Source: Adineta vaga
Taxonomy: Eukaryota > Animalia > Rotifera
Assembly (NCBI GenBank): GCA_021613535.1
Contig: CP075495.1
Span: 5,828,001-5,892,000, forward strand
DNA: 64,000 nucleotides
Reading direction: 5' to 3'
Positions 12,731 to 26,139 of the stretch are shown here, in pieces. The notes below the pieces were generated by a model. That model was not told where the DNA came from, did no database searches, and worked only from the letters and a program-made list of their open reading frames with translations. The position numbers and the translations under genes were made by a program. The stretch's first letter is position 1; every line of letters begins with the position of its first letter.

Positions 12731-12916
12731 GCATTATTTTTATTCTATTATATAAAGACTACAGACGCAGATCATTTGTTTATAATAGATTGTTTCTTTT
12801 TTAAAAAAATATTTTTTACAATATAAGTATTAGTCAAAATATTTCATTGAATAAAAAAAATTTGTTAGTGTAAATATTGAAAGCAATGGACCAGATAAAA
12901 TAGAAAACCTTTGGTT

Positions 12917-15900
12917 TTAAAGAAGACTATTTTCCTCATTTTCTGTTCCATGAGGATAAATAGCTGATGATGATGAGGGTTTGATTGTAAATGGTAATAA
13001 AGTATGTGTTGGAATTAATGAACCATCGTCTGTTGTTGAAAATGAATTATTTGTTGTTGAAGTTTGAAGTAATGGTTCGAGAAATTTATAAAATTGTTTA
13101 TATGTTATAGCATCTTCTTCTTCCTCTTCTTCTTTATCATTAGCTGTTACAATTGATGCTTGTTTATTCATATACGCTTTAAGCACATCAGGTCGACATG
13201 GACATTCGAAATGTACACAATGAAAGACTTCATTAGCAGTATTATGTGTTCCACATATACGAATGAATACAACAATACGAGGAGAAAATGTTAAAATCTC
13301 CCATGACCTATAAACAATAGTTTAGAATGGATCTAGTTTTAAGAAAGAAAAGAATCTTTACCTGCATTCTACTGTTTGTTTATCTACAGCTTTTATCCAA
13401 GTTATATTATCGTATGATGTTTCAATATAGTAAGAATAGGAACGACTATCACAATCCCATAGTAATAATCTAAGATCAGAAAGAAGATTGTATGAAGGTT
13501 CGAAAAAAATCTGTCTTTTCATAATAATTGTTCAAAAAAATTATGATAGAAAGATACAGTTTCACAACTATCGTCATTAAAACTTGAGTATACGTTATGA
13601 TTTGATCTTACAAAAGCTAACTTGACGATGGTGATCGATTTCTGAAGTCTTTTGTAAAGAATCACGAATATATCTAATATTTCTATGGCATGATGTTTCA
13701 GTAAGGAGTCAAGAAATGATAATCACCTCATTGAACTAACAACATGTGGTTGACATAATTGAATAACAATACCACCTGAGCCAAGTTGATGACATGTATA
13801 TCCTAATAATATGAAATTGTATCATGAACATCGATGTGAAACGTATCCATACCTGAATCCCAATCATAAGATAGACAATCTCCATTGATCAATGCATTTC
13901 GTATTCGACTAACTCCTTCCGAGACCACTGCACTCGCTTCTAATGTGGCAATATTATCGACTGGAGCTAGATCAACTTATATAAATGAAACAAAGACATA
14001 TCTCTAGTTTTCTTTTTCCTACCATAAATATCTCCGACTAATGCAAATGGTTTTTGAATATAAAAAACTTCTAATGAAACAAGATGAAATACTTTATTTA
14101 CAGTGTTATATGTTCCAACGATTCGAATAGATCTAATGTTTTAAATGAAAAGACTTTTTCTTATCTTTATAGAATTAATTCTTTCAACATACGTTACAAC
14201 TACAGGTGCAAAGTACAACTTTTGCCATGAACGACATAAATATGCACGATAATCAATGATTCTCGTCCAAGTAACCTCATCAACTGATACTTCGACATAA
14301 AATGAATATGCACTTGAAGAGAGAAGATAAACAGAATATATATATATATATATTTAATAGAATAAAAAGTTTGTTTCTTTTACCGAGTATCTTTATCCCA
14401 AAGCAATAATTTAATATGATTGATAATCGATGGTCCATCTAACTTAACACAAATACAACGTGTATCATCAATTGGATGTCTAGTAAAACCACGATCCTAA
14501 ATGATTCAATATAAATTTGATTTATCATAAGATAAGAAAATCCATACAAACCAAATCATAATTCGTAACATCACCATCAAGTAAAGCATGTTTCATTTCA
14601 CCTTTACAACAAAAATTTGTCTTCACATTCAAATGAAAACGAAATCAATTAACTTACCATCAACTACTTGTGCATGATGTGTTTTAGTCGCAATATTTTC
14701 ATCTAACCCTAAACAACAACAACAACAACAATCGTTATATTCTAAACAAAGCAAACTTCTTACTTAATCTTCCTCGATAATTTTTCCTTCGATTTAAATA
14801 TAAATCTTTATTATTTCCATTTCGATTTGGATTCTCATCATTATTATTGTTATTATTATTATTAACCGATGTTTTGGTTTCATCATTAATCGAATCAATT
14901 GCATCCATTAAATGATTTAAATCAAATAGATTTGAATATCGAACAATTTTTAATAATTCATTCATTGACATCAATGTTAAACGTACTTTGGAAACAATAT
15001 TTTCAATTGGTTTCCAATTTGTATCTTGATCATGATAATGAAGTTCATGCCATTTTTTAACTGCATAGAAAATTTCTATTTCAGGACAATAAAATGAGTC
15101 ACGAGCAATAATTGATGAAAATGCATCCTAAAACATGATTAGGCATTATTTTTTCTTATCAGTAAAGTATTTATATGATGAGAAAATAAAACACTTCACA
15201 GTTACTGTATTAACAATGATATTACAGAATCTATTGATTCAAACCGTTAGCACAATTTCAATATTCGTATTAATAAATGCGCAATATCCTGTACCAACAC
15301 CACCAGGTGGTCGAATGGCTGTTCATGGTTGGCTTATACTTCCATGGGATACGAATGTAACTGATGGCCCTATACAAGCATGGTTTTCTCATCATGTACC
15401 TGAATTTTGGACAGATTCTCCTCATAATTTTCAAATAATCCTAAATGGTTTACTAACGCCAATATCTTGCTTTAATACAGAATCAACTGCACAACCTATA
15501 CCAATACCCTATCCTCCTCGAGATAATCTTCTTCATTATGAATATACAATCACACCTCCTCCAGAATTTTCCTTAAATGATCTTTTGTTAGGAACTTTAA
15601 CTGAATTAAAAGGTGTTGTTTACAATGGCTCATTTGATACATCTTATCAACGTATTCCACTTGCATTAGGTACATTAACAGTTCGAGAATTAACAACTGC
15701 TGTCTATTTAAATGAATCGAAATTAATTCCTTCCTATCCTGAATTACGTTATCTTTCCTATCCACGTGATATGTCTCCAACAGCTGATACAAAACCATTT
15801 CAACATGTCTATTTAGCACATGAAATACATTCTGTACCAGATTTTGATCATGTTGTTCATGCAAGTATTGATACAACACGATGTCATTGTGAAACAAAAT

Positions 15901-17192
15901 TTCCCTCTCTTTGTAACTCTCAAAATCTTCTACAAGCAATTCGCACACCTGGTATTGAATGGGCATTTCCCACATTAACAAATGATTTAAATAGTCGTTT
16001 AAAACCTTTGATGGTTATTCGAGGTCGAATAACTAGTGGACCGGTTCTTTGTCCAATAACTATTCTCGAATCAATACATTGTATGGTTGGACCAGATTTT
16101 GATACAAAATGTTAAAAGAAATTCGAAAATAAACTTACAGATGATAAAGTTAAAAATTCATTTGTTTTGATAATTTCATTTGCGTGGTTATCGATAAATT
16201 GTGCGGCATGTTGTCGGAGATTTTTTAAATCATATAAACAAGCTGTATCATAAATATTGCAAACATTTTTTAATGATAAAATTGATTTTAAATATGTTGA
16301 TAAACTTGTTTCTAATTGTTGAAAACCATATTGATGTACAAGACCAAGTAAATCAAGTAGAACATCTTCCTTTGAGATTTTCAGAAAAAAAAGTGAAAAA
16401 AAAAGAAATGAACTTGAAATTCAAAATGAGATTTTTCTACTTTTTCTTTTAGTAAATTGATATGTCCCGTATAGATATAAAGTAAGAGGATTTTAAATGC
16501 AGATGATTTACATTCTTTGATTTCAACTAAATTATGATTATATTGAGATTCACGAAGACCTCCATAGAGTAAGGCACGAAAATATTCCGAACGTGCTGCT
16601 AAAATAATCCGATGAGCATAAAAACGTTCAGATTCAACGACTAATTCAATATCACTGTAATCAGACTGATTAAAGAGATTACCTAGAAGATAAGAAACAA
16701 AATAGCATAAGAAGATGGACGCGACTTGGTTTTTTTTCATTCAATACAACGATTTTGCATTTCAAGTAAATATAACTTCATCAAATATGTTTAGTTTGTA
16801 GACTAATTAAAACCTTGTGAATTATCAAGGATATATCCTTGATTATACAAAAACTTCGATGTCTCTCCTCTTTTTCTTAATAACATAATTTCGATTTCAC
16901 AGTGTTTAATTCATTGACAAAATAACATCAAGTGTGTTTATGTTTATGATCTATAATCTATTTGGATACAGATTCATTTGTTTATGAAGACAAGAGGAAG
17001 AAGAAGAAGAGAAACAAATTATCACGTACCAAAATCTCCTGAAAGAACTGATGTATGATTAATTTCTGCTAAACTATCATGTAATTCAACAGAAGTTGTT
17101 CTACTACTATTTATATTGTGATTATTCACAATCTGATTGGAATTTTGAGGTAAATTTGTATTTGATAGAGCATGTTGTTGCCAAGTAGACAT
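12917..17192 (-). CDS. BTBD9: BTB/POZ domain-containing protein 9 (BTB-BACK plus two discoidin-like repeats)
   Basis: BTB (YSDIELVVESERFYAHRIILAARSEYFRALLYGG), BACK (IIARDSFYCPEIEIF), LLLWDKD, YDWDSGYTCHQLGSG and HNTANEVFHCVHFECP. All exons traced in frame. Confidence 0.92.
15216..16115 (+). CDS. Intronless secreted protein of unknown function, nested antisense in a BTBD9 intron
   Basis: 299-aa ORF with a signal peptide, inside host intron 15128-16138. His-rich motifs VHGWL, FSHHVP, PHNFQIIL and YLAHEIHSVPDFDHVV. AATAAA at 16128-16133. Confidence 0.85.
   Translation: MILQNLLIQTVSTISIFVLINAQYPVPTPPGGRMAVHGWLILPWDTNVTDGPIQAWFSHHVPEFWTDSPHNFQIILNGLLTPISCFNTESTAQPIPIPYPPRDNLLHYEYTITPPPEFSLNDLLLGTLTELKGVVYNGSFDTSYQRIPLALGTLTVRELTTAVYLNESKLIPSYPELRYLSYPRDMSPTADTKPFQHVYLAHEIHSVPDFDHVVHASIDTTRCHCETKFPSLCNSQNLLQAIRTPGIEWAFPTLTNDLNSRLKPLMVIRGRITSGPVLCPITILESIHCMVGPDFDTKC
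16824..16843. repeat. Perfect 20-bp palindrome in a BTBD9 intron
   Basis: ATCAAGGATA-TATCCTTGAT. Confidence 0.8.
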
Positions 17193-20100
17193 AACTATCT
17201 ATAATAAATATTGACAAATATAGCTATGAAAAAAAATTGAACTTTTCTTTTTTTCAGTTGATTTTTTTTCTTCTTATTGAAAAATGAACTAACCTCTCGG
17301 TGTCTCAAGGATAGTCTTCGTCTAAACATTATCGCATTGAATTGATAAATGAGATAATGAGAGAGAAAGTGTAACTTGTACAAACCTTTTGTGACTAGAT
17401 TATTTAAATTCATATGTGATTTCTATCAAAAGACAAATGTCAGTATTATCTTTTTTTTGTTTTCCTTTGTTTTTTAGTAATTCAATCTGTTAGTAAAGCA
17501 GAATATTTACATTGTTGCAAGACACGTATTAATCGATTAGTCTCATACCATTTAGTTATGATAATGATAATGATCATTTATTTATTCATTCATTCCTTTT
17601 TTTACTCTCGAACGAAGGTAAGAATAAAATATCGTCTAACCAAACAAATCAGATTTTGTTAGATGTCACTAGGACGTAGTTTAATTAACAATTGTTAAAC
17701 GATTACATCCATCAATTGTACTTCGAGTTGTTTGCAAAATAAAAATCTTGAATTACTAATTACATGTATTGTCTAAAAAGTCAATGTCTTGTTTCTTTTC
17801 CGTCTGAACAAGCGAAAGAAATGGAAAGTAGATGAAATAACAAACTGAGGATTTGATTTCGTTCATTAATAAGCAAATAGAAGAAAAGCTCTCAACATCT
17901 CCGAATAAGTCTGTCTGCTCAATATGGCACCATGTTCTTAGGTTCATATGACCCATATTCACGCATTTTAATCATATATATATATATATCTCAAGAAACG
18001 ATGAGGACGTGAGTACTTTTCGATCGATCAATATTAGTTTTTTTTTCTTTCTTCGACATCTTCTGAAACATTGATAAGTCGATAGATGATCAAGATACGA
18101 AAACAAGTTCATTGTGTCAATTAGGATACGACGATTGATAGACATTTGAATCATTTATCGAAGAAAAGTTCGTTTCATATTTGAAATGAATTGAGTCTTC
18201 TTATGTAAAAAAAGAAAATAGTCATCATATAGATGAATGATTGACATGAGAGAAATTCATCTGTAGAATAGATATTTGATTAATTCCAATGATAGAAAAG
18301 GCGTTTCTTTTTTTTTCTTCTCCGACAATCAATCATGTATAAGCGAGCAAGTAAAGAAAGAATCTCTCAAAAATGTATTGACTATTTTGTTGTAGTAATC
18401 TATAGAAATTCTTTTTCTTTTTTAATAAATCAGAAACAATATGTTCCTAATGTACTCTTTATCAAATCTGATATGAATTCTAACTAGTGGGAATTATATT
18501 TAATCATTCCAAGATCTAATTGTAATCAATTTCCTTCAAACCATACCTGACTTTGGAAATATTGATGCATTTCCGATTGACGTCAATTTTATTATATAGT
18601 TCTTTAGGCATAGGACATAAATTAACGCATTTATCGAATATTCATTGAAGTAGAAAAATGATTATAGACATGACATATCCATAGACGAAAAACAACAATA
18701 TCATCATTATAATTATGATTGAAAGAAAGATTTGATCGAATTCTTCAGAGATTTTCTAATCAAATGAATTCTTCCACGCTGTAATAATCTTTTCAAAACA
18801 CTCGATGATTTATTTGCGATAATGTTTCTCACCCGTTCATCAATGCATGAAATTTTGTTTTTGTTAGTTGTTTTTTGCCGAACGAAAAAATATCGAGTTA
18901 ACTGACATATTTCATAGTATGGTGTCTCAAGGATGGAAAAAAAAGAAATCTTGCTACGAGTTGTGCACTTGTTTTTTTCTGAAGATACTATAAAAAATAA
19001 GATGAGTATACTTGACAGGACTAGGTTTTTCTGTTAATAAATATGACTTCTTTGATAATTGTGACGATCGAGACAGTCATGTATATTGTCGACCTATGAT
19101 TTGATTTAAGATAGAATGAAATATTCAACACTATAATCAACTTTTGTGTGCCCGAAGACAAATACATCGTAGGATCTAATATAACTCAACGTTATGATCG
19201 CCTGCTGCTTTATCCGGACTCGACTGACTTCCGACTTAAATATTTCTCTCTTATTGACATATGTCTCCGAGACTGTCGATTGGTAGCACATATAATACTT
19301 CGTTCTCTCTAATAAAGACAAAAACACATAGGATGCTCTAGATTAGAGACGTTCATGATTAAATAAACAAATCATCGAATGAAACCTTGCTTTCTATTCC
19401 ATATATCATTAGGTTTGTTTTCGTTGTTTCTCTGTCAGAAAATTCTATTGTTATTGAGTTATTGTATGCAAAGGAAGTAGAACAAAGTTTAACATTTCAT
19501 GATTTGAGATATATAATTTCATAGTAGGACTAGTGACAGTATATTCTAAGTTTTGGTGCTTGCTATTTCATTCACGTTTGTAAGGGAGTCTCTAGAGGAA
19601 TTTATAATCTACAAAAAATGTGAGGAAAGTGTAAAGAAAAAAGCGACATAAAGGAGAGAAATACGAGATGAATATGGTTAACATAAGAGAAGAAAGAAAA
19701 GAAATATGAATATAAGGAAATGATAATTAAAATGACAAAAGGAAACGACAGTCCTCTAGTGAAGCAAATCTAGAAGTATAGAAACCTAGTCAAGCAAGTG
19801 TGCAAGAGAAAGTCTATTCTGTCTTCTCCTTCTTCTTCTGTTGTTCTACGATTAACTATTGATATTATTTTTCTATTGCTTTTTCTTGCTATTATGTTTT
19901 TAATCATGACTTTTTCTTTTGTTATGAATTAAAATAAATCGAACTGATCGATAAGGGATTACTTACGAGAAAGGAAAAGAAAATTACATATATATATATA
20001 TGCATACGAACTATTCCGTAGATTAAAGTTTTAAATTGACAGTAGAATATAATTTTCTATAGTTATGTTTTGTCTATCGGGCTATTAGTTGTTAATTTCG

Positions 20101-20795
20101 AAAGTAAGTTTTCAAATATGAAAATTTATTCCAATCCTTTCAACAGACCGCATTTTAAATTACATTATAAGAAAGAAATTTCTTTATAAGTACAAAGACA
20201 AAAAGAAAAAAGAATCAATTACTAATCGAAATGAGTACTTAATCATATACTATTTGTGTTTCTCTTTTTCTTTGCCGAAATTTGTTCAACGATACTTCTT
20301 GTTCAAAAGAAAATCGGATCTTGTAAATCTATTCAATCGAATTTATGAAAGATTATATCATCGAAGTTTTCTTTTGTTCCAATGAAAGAACACGAGCAAT
20401 TTATGGAATTTTTCTTCTCTTTCTTTCTTTCTTGCTTTCTTTCTCTCTTTTTCTCTCTCTTTTTCTCGACACGTCTCCCTATTGTTTCCGATTTCAGAGC
20501 ATAAATGAGTAGTAAAACCGTTTTATTCTCATCATTTCTATTGACCCTAACCTATTTTTCTATAGATCAACTAATCGTTTGTTTGTTTGTTTTTTGTCTT
20601 ATCATCTTCTACTTTGTTTTTGGATTTCAATCAAGTATGCATAATAGAGGATTCCCTCAAGAATAAATTTCCTCTTTCATTCGTTAGACAATAGTTGATC
20701 GTCAATGATTTTTCTTCTTCTTCTTCTTCTTCTTTTTCTCGTCTTCGTTTCATCAGCATCTCCTTTTAGATTAAAGAATCTTTTTCTTTCAAACA

Positions 20796-23700
20796 ATGAA
20801 TGACATGTTTAATATACGTTCGTTTGTCGGAAATCAAGTGGAAAAATTATCATCACCAAAAAACCTTCTTGTCGATAAATTTCGTCAAACAGTCGATACT
20901 ATAAAATTACCATTTTCAGCTACAGCTAATAATGATTTAACGACAAATGAAGAAACATTTAATGTACGTCCATCACAATCTTCATCAAGTTCATCTGTCT
21001 CATCTAGTGAGCAAACTAATACTTCACGATTAAATTCTCTTAAATCTACACTACAAACCAATTCATCAACACCATCTAATTCACAAAGAATTTCTCGTCT
21101 TTTATCAACATCTTCACCTTTATCTTCACCTAAAATTCTTTCGAATTTTAAAACGATCACTGATCGTTTATCTCGTCCTCAAACTATTCTTCGACGTCAT
21201 GTATCAGAATCCAATCATCCGGATGAAATATTGTGTTCAAATAATGAAGATAAATTTCTTTCTCAACCTATCTATCATAATAATCCACCGACAGATATTA
21301 ATTTTATATCCAATGATAATAATGATACCAATAGAATAACGGATGTAACGACTAAACTTCTTGGCCGATCACGTTCACTTATTCGACAATCTACTGATAC
21401 GACATGTACATATCCAATTCGACGACCCATGCGCCGAATGGAATCGGTTGAAACAGTCGAAATTCCTGGCTTGAATGGTCTCAAAGCATTACGTTATTTA
21501 AATGATAATTTAGGTAAACTTCAACCTGATCTTTATATCAAACAAGCATCCCAAATAGATCCAACGTATGGTTGTGGTAAATTAACATTTACAATTTCTT
21601 ATAATCAACAAACAACATCTTTAATTGTTAACGTTCTATCAATTGATAATCTTCCATATCGAGATGTCAATTCAAAAATTTTACCCGATCCATTTATAAA
21701 AATGATTTTATTACCTGATCGACGACGAAAATTTCAAACGAAAGTTTCTAAACGAACACAATCACCACAATTTAACGAAACATTTCAATTTCAAATCAGT
21801 TATGATGAATTACGTCGACGAGTTTTATTGTTATCTGTTTATGATTTTGGTCGACCAAGTAAACGAAGTTTGATTGGAACAGTTAAAATTGATGATGTTC
21901 TAGCCATACCTGATATAACTACGCAAGACATAACATGTTCGCGAAGTATCGTACCTGGAACTGAAGTAAGTTCATTTCTGAGCATGACATAGATTCGATA
22001 TCCGTTTATTCGATTTCTTTCTTATTTTCATTCTTATTTCAACATGAATATAGTAGATACCGGAAATTAACCGGGAATATAAAAAACAAAAGTAACTAGT
22101 GATAATCGAAGAGATTCTGTCAAATTTTATCGATGTGGACATCCGTTAAGAAATATTTGTCTGAACGTACATTAAGAATATCTTTCAATGAGTTGTTCGA
22201 CTTTAATTAATAAGTTTATAAATGAATTTTGACGGACTCGATTTCTTTCTATTTGTCAATTGATTTTATGAGTTATTCTTGTAACATAGGGAAAGACGTT
22301 GAATGTCAATATTCGTTAGACAGACCAATGTGATCTGCATTATTAATTAGATCCTAATATGAAAAGTAACAATAGGAAAAAAAACGCTTGTTCGCTTGTC
22401 CTAGTTACATCTACATGTTCAAAATTGAATGAAAAATAATAATAATGCGATAACAACATTGAAGAGCAATCAACATCGTCTCTCATTCATTATAAAACAA
22501 AAAAAAAAGAGTAAAATCGTTCGAGGCAATAGTAATTCCTGAGAGAATTAGTTGTTAGAGAGAACAACATAACATGCAATTCTAATCAAGTAATGTGATC
22601 ATCGAACAAATAAGAAAAAAATAACTAAATGCGAATAACGACATAAGCTGTATATACATATTTTAAAGTGGAATGGAAAAGCCAGAACTTGGTAGACATT
22701 TCTTTTAAATTAATGGATTTTATCGTCTAGAAAAAGAAAGAAAAACATCCGTATAATTATTGATAATGTGACTGTTTACAGTATAAATCTAGTCGTGATA
22801 TTTCAAAACAAAAGAAGAACAATTAATTGAATGTCAGGTTTCAACGAGAACGAATAGAATATTAGAGTTGAAATTTCATATATCTTTAGACTAGTCTATT
22901 TTAGAATCTGTTAAAAATTAATTTACAGATTAGAAATGAAATCTATATTTGAAAAAAAAAAGATGCGTGTTTGTTCGAAAGTAAATCGTTATAAATAGAT
23001 TTGCTCTTTCGCTAGCAATTAATCCGACGTCAGATGTAGTTATAATTAGAAACACTTACCCTTTTCCTTGACTTTTCCAAAAAAAAAGGAAATAAAAATG
23101 TAGGTGAACGAATGTATGTTTTATGTTCATTTGTTGCGTAAACAAAGGTCATTCCATATATTTCTATCGTTAAATATATCCTTGTTAATGAATAACATTT
23201 CTGATCTAAACAAGGATGCAAGATATATACTTTCAGGGCACTTTCAAAGTGTATGTTATTAATTATGTATGAATACTTTCTTTTCATCTTTTTCTCGATA
23301 GATTCATATGAAAATCTTTCTTTTTTTCTTCAAGAGTGATCCTGATCTTGGCGAATTAACTGTTTCATTATGTTATTTACCAAATGCAAAACGTGTTACA
23401 GTTACCATTGTCAAAGCAAGTTCATTAAAACCAATGGATATTACAGGTAAATCGGATCCATATGTGAAAGTTATTCTTTTAATTCATGGGAAAAAAATTC
23501 GCAAGAAGAAAACATCGGTTCTATCAAATACTCTTAATCCAACATATAATGAGAGTTTAGAATTTGATGTTGCAGTTGATTCACTTGCTGATACAGATCT
23601 TATTTTTAAAGTGATCGATTATGATCGTGTAGGTTCAAATGAATTAATTGGTTGTGTCGGTATAGGAGGTCATTTCGAAGGTATTAATCGTGATCATTGG

Positions 23701-23829
23701 TATCAAATGTTAGAACATCAACGTGTACCAATTACTGAAAGTTATAATTTACGTGAAACAATACCAATAATTCCATGTACAAGTCCACCAATAACTAATA
23801 AAATATTAAATTTAAATACGACTAATTAA
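20796..23829 (+). CDS. Synaptotagmin-like tandem C2A-C2B protein
   Basis: Exons 20796-21965 and 23335-23829. C2A (DPFIKMILLPDRRRKFQTK, PQFNETF) and C2B (GELTVSLCYLP, MDITGKSDPYVK, DYDRVGSNELIG). Confidence 0.85.
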
Positions 23830-23962
23830 GATTTGACCAATTAGAAACAAAATGACCGGTGATTGTCTATGTGTGTATTTGGATATCTTTTTATTGTAAA
23901 AAGAAAATTTTTTTATTTTTTCTTGTTTTTGACAGAAAAAATAAAGCGAAAAAAAGGTTAAA

Positions 23963-25026
23963 TTATGAAAATTCATCATCACAATCAATAGTGTTAGATC
24001 TTTGTACTTGACTAGAATTGTTCGATATCGTTTGTTTACTTCGTTTGGATTGTTCAAGAGAGAATGATGGTACTTCACTTTCATCATCAGGCATCGATCG
24101 TTTTCGAGATTCATCTTTCTAGAAATGCACAAAAAAGAAACCAAATTGATTGTTTCAAATATTGACAAGAAAGTTTGCCTCATTTGCTTTTCTTACTGGT
24201 AATTGTGATAAACGATGAATAAGCAATGGAACTGAATCATTAATAATTTCTATTGAAGTCAAAAAAAAGTAATTTTATATTGAGCAATAATAATTCTCGA
24301 ATCAATTAAGAAAGATCTATTTACTAGAGTAAAGTCTCATCGATTGTTGGTCAATATTGATCAAATGAAAGTAGGACAATATGAAGTCAATAGTTTTTCT
24401 TTCCAGCACAATATATTGACTATCTCGAACTTTCAGTATTCCATGAGATAAGTTTACAAAAATATCATTTGTATTGAAGATTTTTTTTATCTTCTAAGAT
24501 CTCTGTCGGAAAGATAATTGAGTTGAAATCATGTATGCATCTTCATTCTTATTAGTCACACTTTTATTGCATATTCATGCAACATTGTGCGAGATTAAAT
24601 TGTTCATCAAAGAAAAATCTTCTGTTGGAAGATAATTCAATCTAATTTTCCCACACTTACTATGGTTTAATTCTCACGCAAAAAAATTACAAAAATAATT
24701 TCATCTGCTTCTTGTTTATCGGATTACAAGACGACATAAAAATGTCAAATCATGCGAACAACGTGTTCTATGTCTGAATACCTTTAGCATTTGCATCCAA
24801 CTTGGCGGTATACGTCGGTCGAACAGACTAGAAATGAGTTTTTCTTTTCATATTGAAGTTAATTTATTTATCAAATAAGTTTACCGTCTGACGAACAGCA
24901 CCTGGAGCATGAAATCTTGAAAAACTCTCTGGATTTCGACAAGGTAAATCGTTTAAAAAGGACGACTAAAACAATATATAAAACAGATCTAATCAAGTGG
25001 AAATCCAGGTGAATCAGTATTACCAT
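23963..25026 (-). CDS. DDA1: DET1- and DDB1-associated protein 1
   Basis: Not in the ORF track. Exons 25026-25024 (ATG only), 24965-24885, 24827-24782, 24249-24197 and 24118-23963 are phase-compatible. They give MSSFLNDLPCRNPESFSRFHAP...VRPTY...KEIINDSVPLLIHRL, matching the DDA1 N-terminal pattern (FLxxLP..N..FSRFH, RPxxY, II.....LL..L). Confidence 0.75.
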
Positions 25027-25270
25027 AGTACAATCTTATTTTATATATATGTATATATAGATAATAGATTCTTTGATTAAAGGAAATGAATTGATTAACT
25101 GATTCGGTTTGGATTTGGATTGCTTGACAATGTTAAAAACTTTTATTAGTTTTCGATTTTACCAATCAGGAAAGAAAACAATCAAAGATGTCAGTAGAAT
25201 ACTAATCATCATGGTTTTAGGTCATTAAGGGCAAAAAATATGAGTTGCACTATTATATTGCGTTTGCTTC

Positions 25271-26107
25271 ATGATGAGTACCAACGAACGTCATGCAAAC
25301 GTGCGTGTTTATATGTCCAAAAATGTAGAACAATGTAATTATCCTTATGGAGCTCTGATTATAGTAGCGCAGGTGGTGGTAGGATTTTTATAGAAATATA
25401 TGTATTAGAGATCATTGGGTTTGTCTCTTTTCTTAGGTTATACAGGTCCAGCAGTAAGTGCATATTTTTTTAATTAAAAATAACTAGATTTGATTTCAAC
25501 AGGCAATTTATCCTGATTTGGCAAAAGAATTGGTAGAATATCCCAATTTAATATCAGTACAAATGGATTATCGATATCCAGGTGATTTAGAACCATGCGT
25601 AAGTATTTGCTTTCATTTATCAACTATCAAATAATTCTATTTTCTTGTGTAGATTCGAGATCTAATCGAAACTATTGATTTATTAGCATCAAAATATCAG
25701 ATTAAACGAGTCGTACTTGTGGGTTGGTCATTTGGTGGTGCTGTTGTAATATCAGCTGGTGCTCAACATAATCTCGTGAAAGCCATTGGTAAGATTTCAA
25801 ACTTATTATAGAAAAAAAAACATCCTAATGTTTCTCATGATTAGCTACTGTTGCATTACAAACTGCTGGTACAAATAGTGTTAGTCAATTAGCTCAAAAA
25901 GGTAAAGCATGTTTATTTATTCACGGTAAAGGTGATCAATGTTTACCACCTCAATGTTCGGAACAACTTTATCGTTTTGCTGGTGAACCAAAAGAACTTG
26001 TTCTATACGATGGTGATAATCATGGTGTAACCAATAATCGATATAAAGTAAAAGAAAAATTAAAACAATTTACTCTTCAATATTTATGTTTGCATGAAGT
26101 AAAATAA
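25271..26107 (+). pseudogene. Small microbial-type alpha/beta hydrolase with a frame lesion in exon 1
   Basis: Five exons including a 17-nt microexon at 25437-25453. Motifs AGGGYTGPA, DYRYPGDL, GWSFGG (nucleophile Ser), FIHGKGD and DGDNHG. Exon 1 from the ATG at 25271 ends in phase 0 but exon 2 needs phase 1. Confidence 0.65.
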
Positions 26108-26139
26108 TCTCGCTGTTTTTAGTTTATTCACGCTTGTTA

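Noticed and set aside
17195-20500. Short ORFs in the BTBD9-synaptotagmin intergenic region
   Set aside because: They have AT-biased composition, no motifs and no coherent exon chain.
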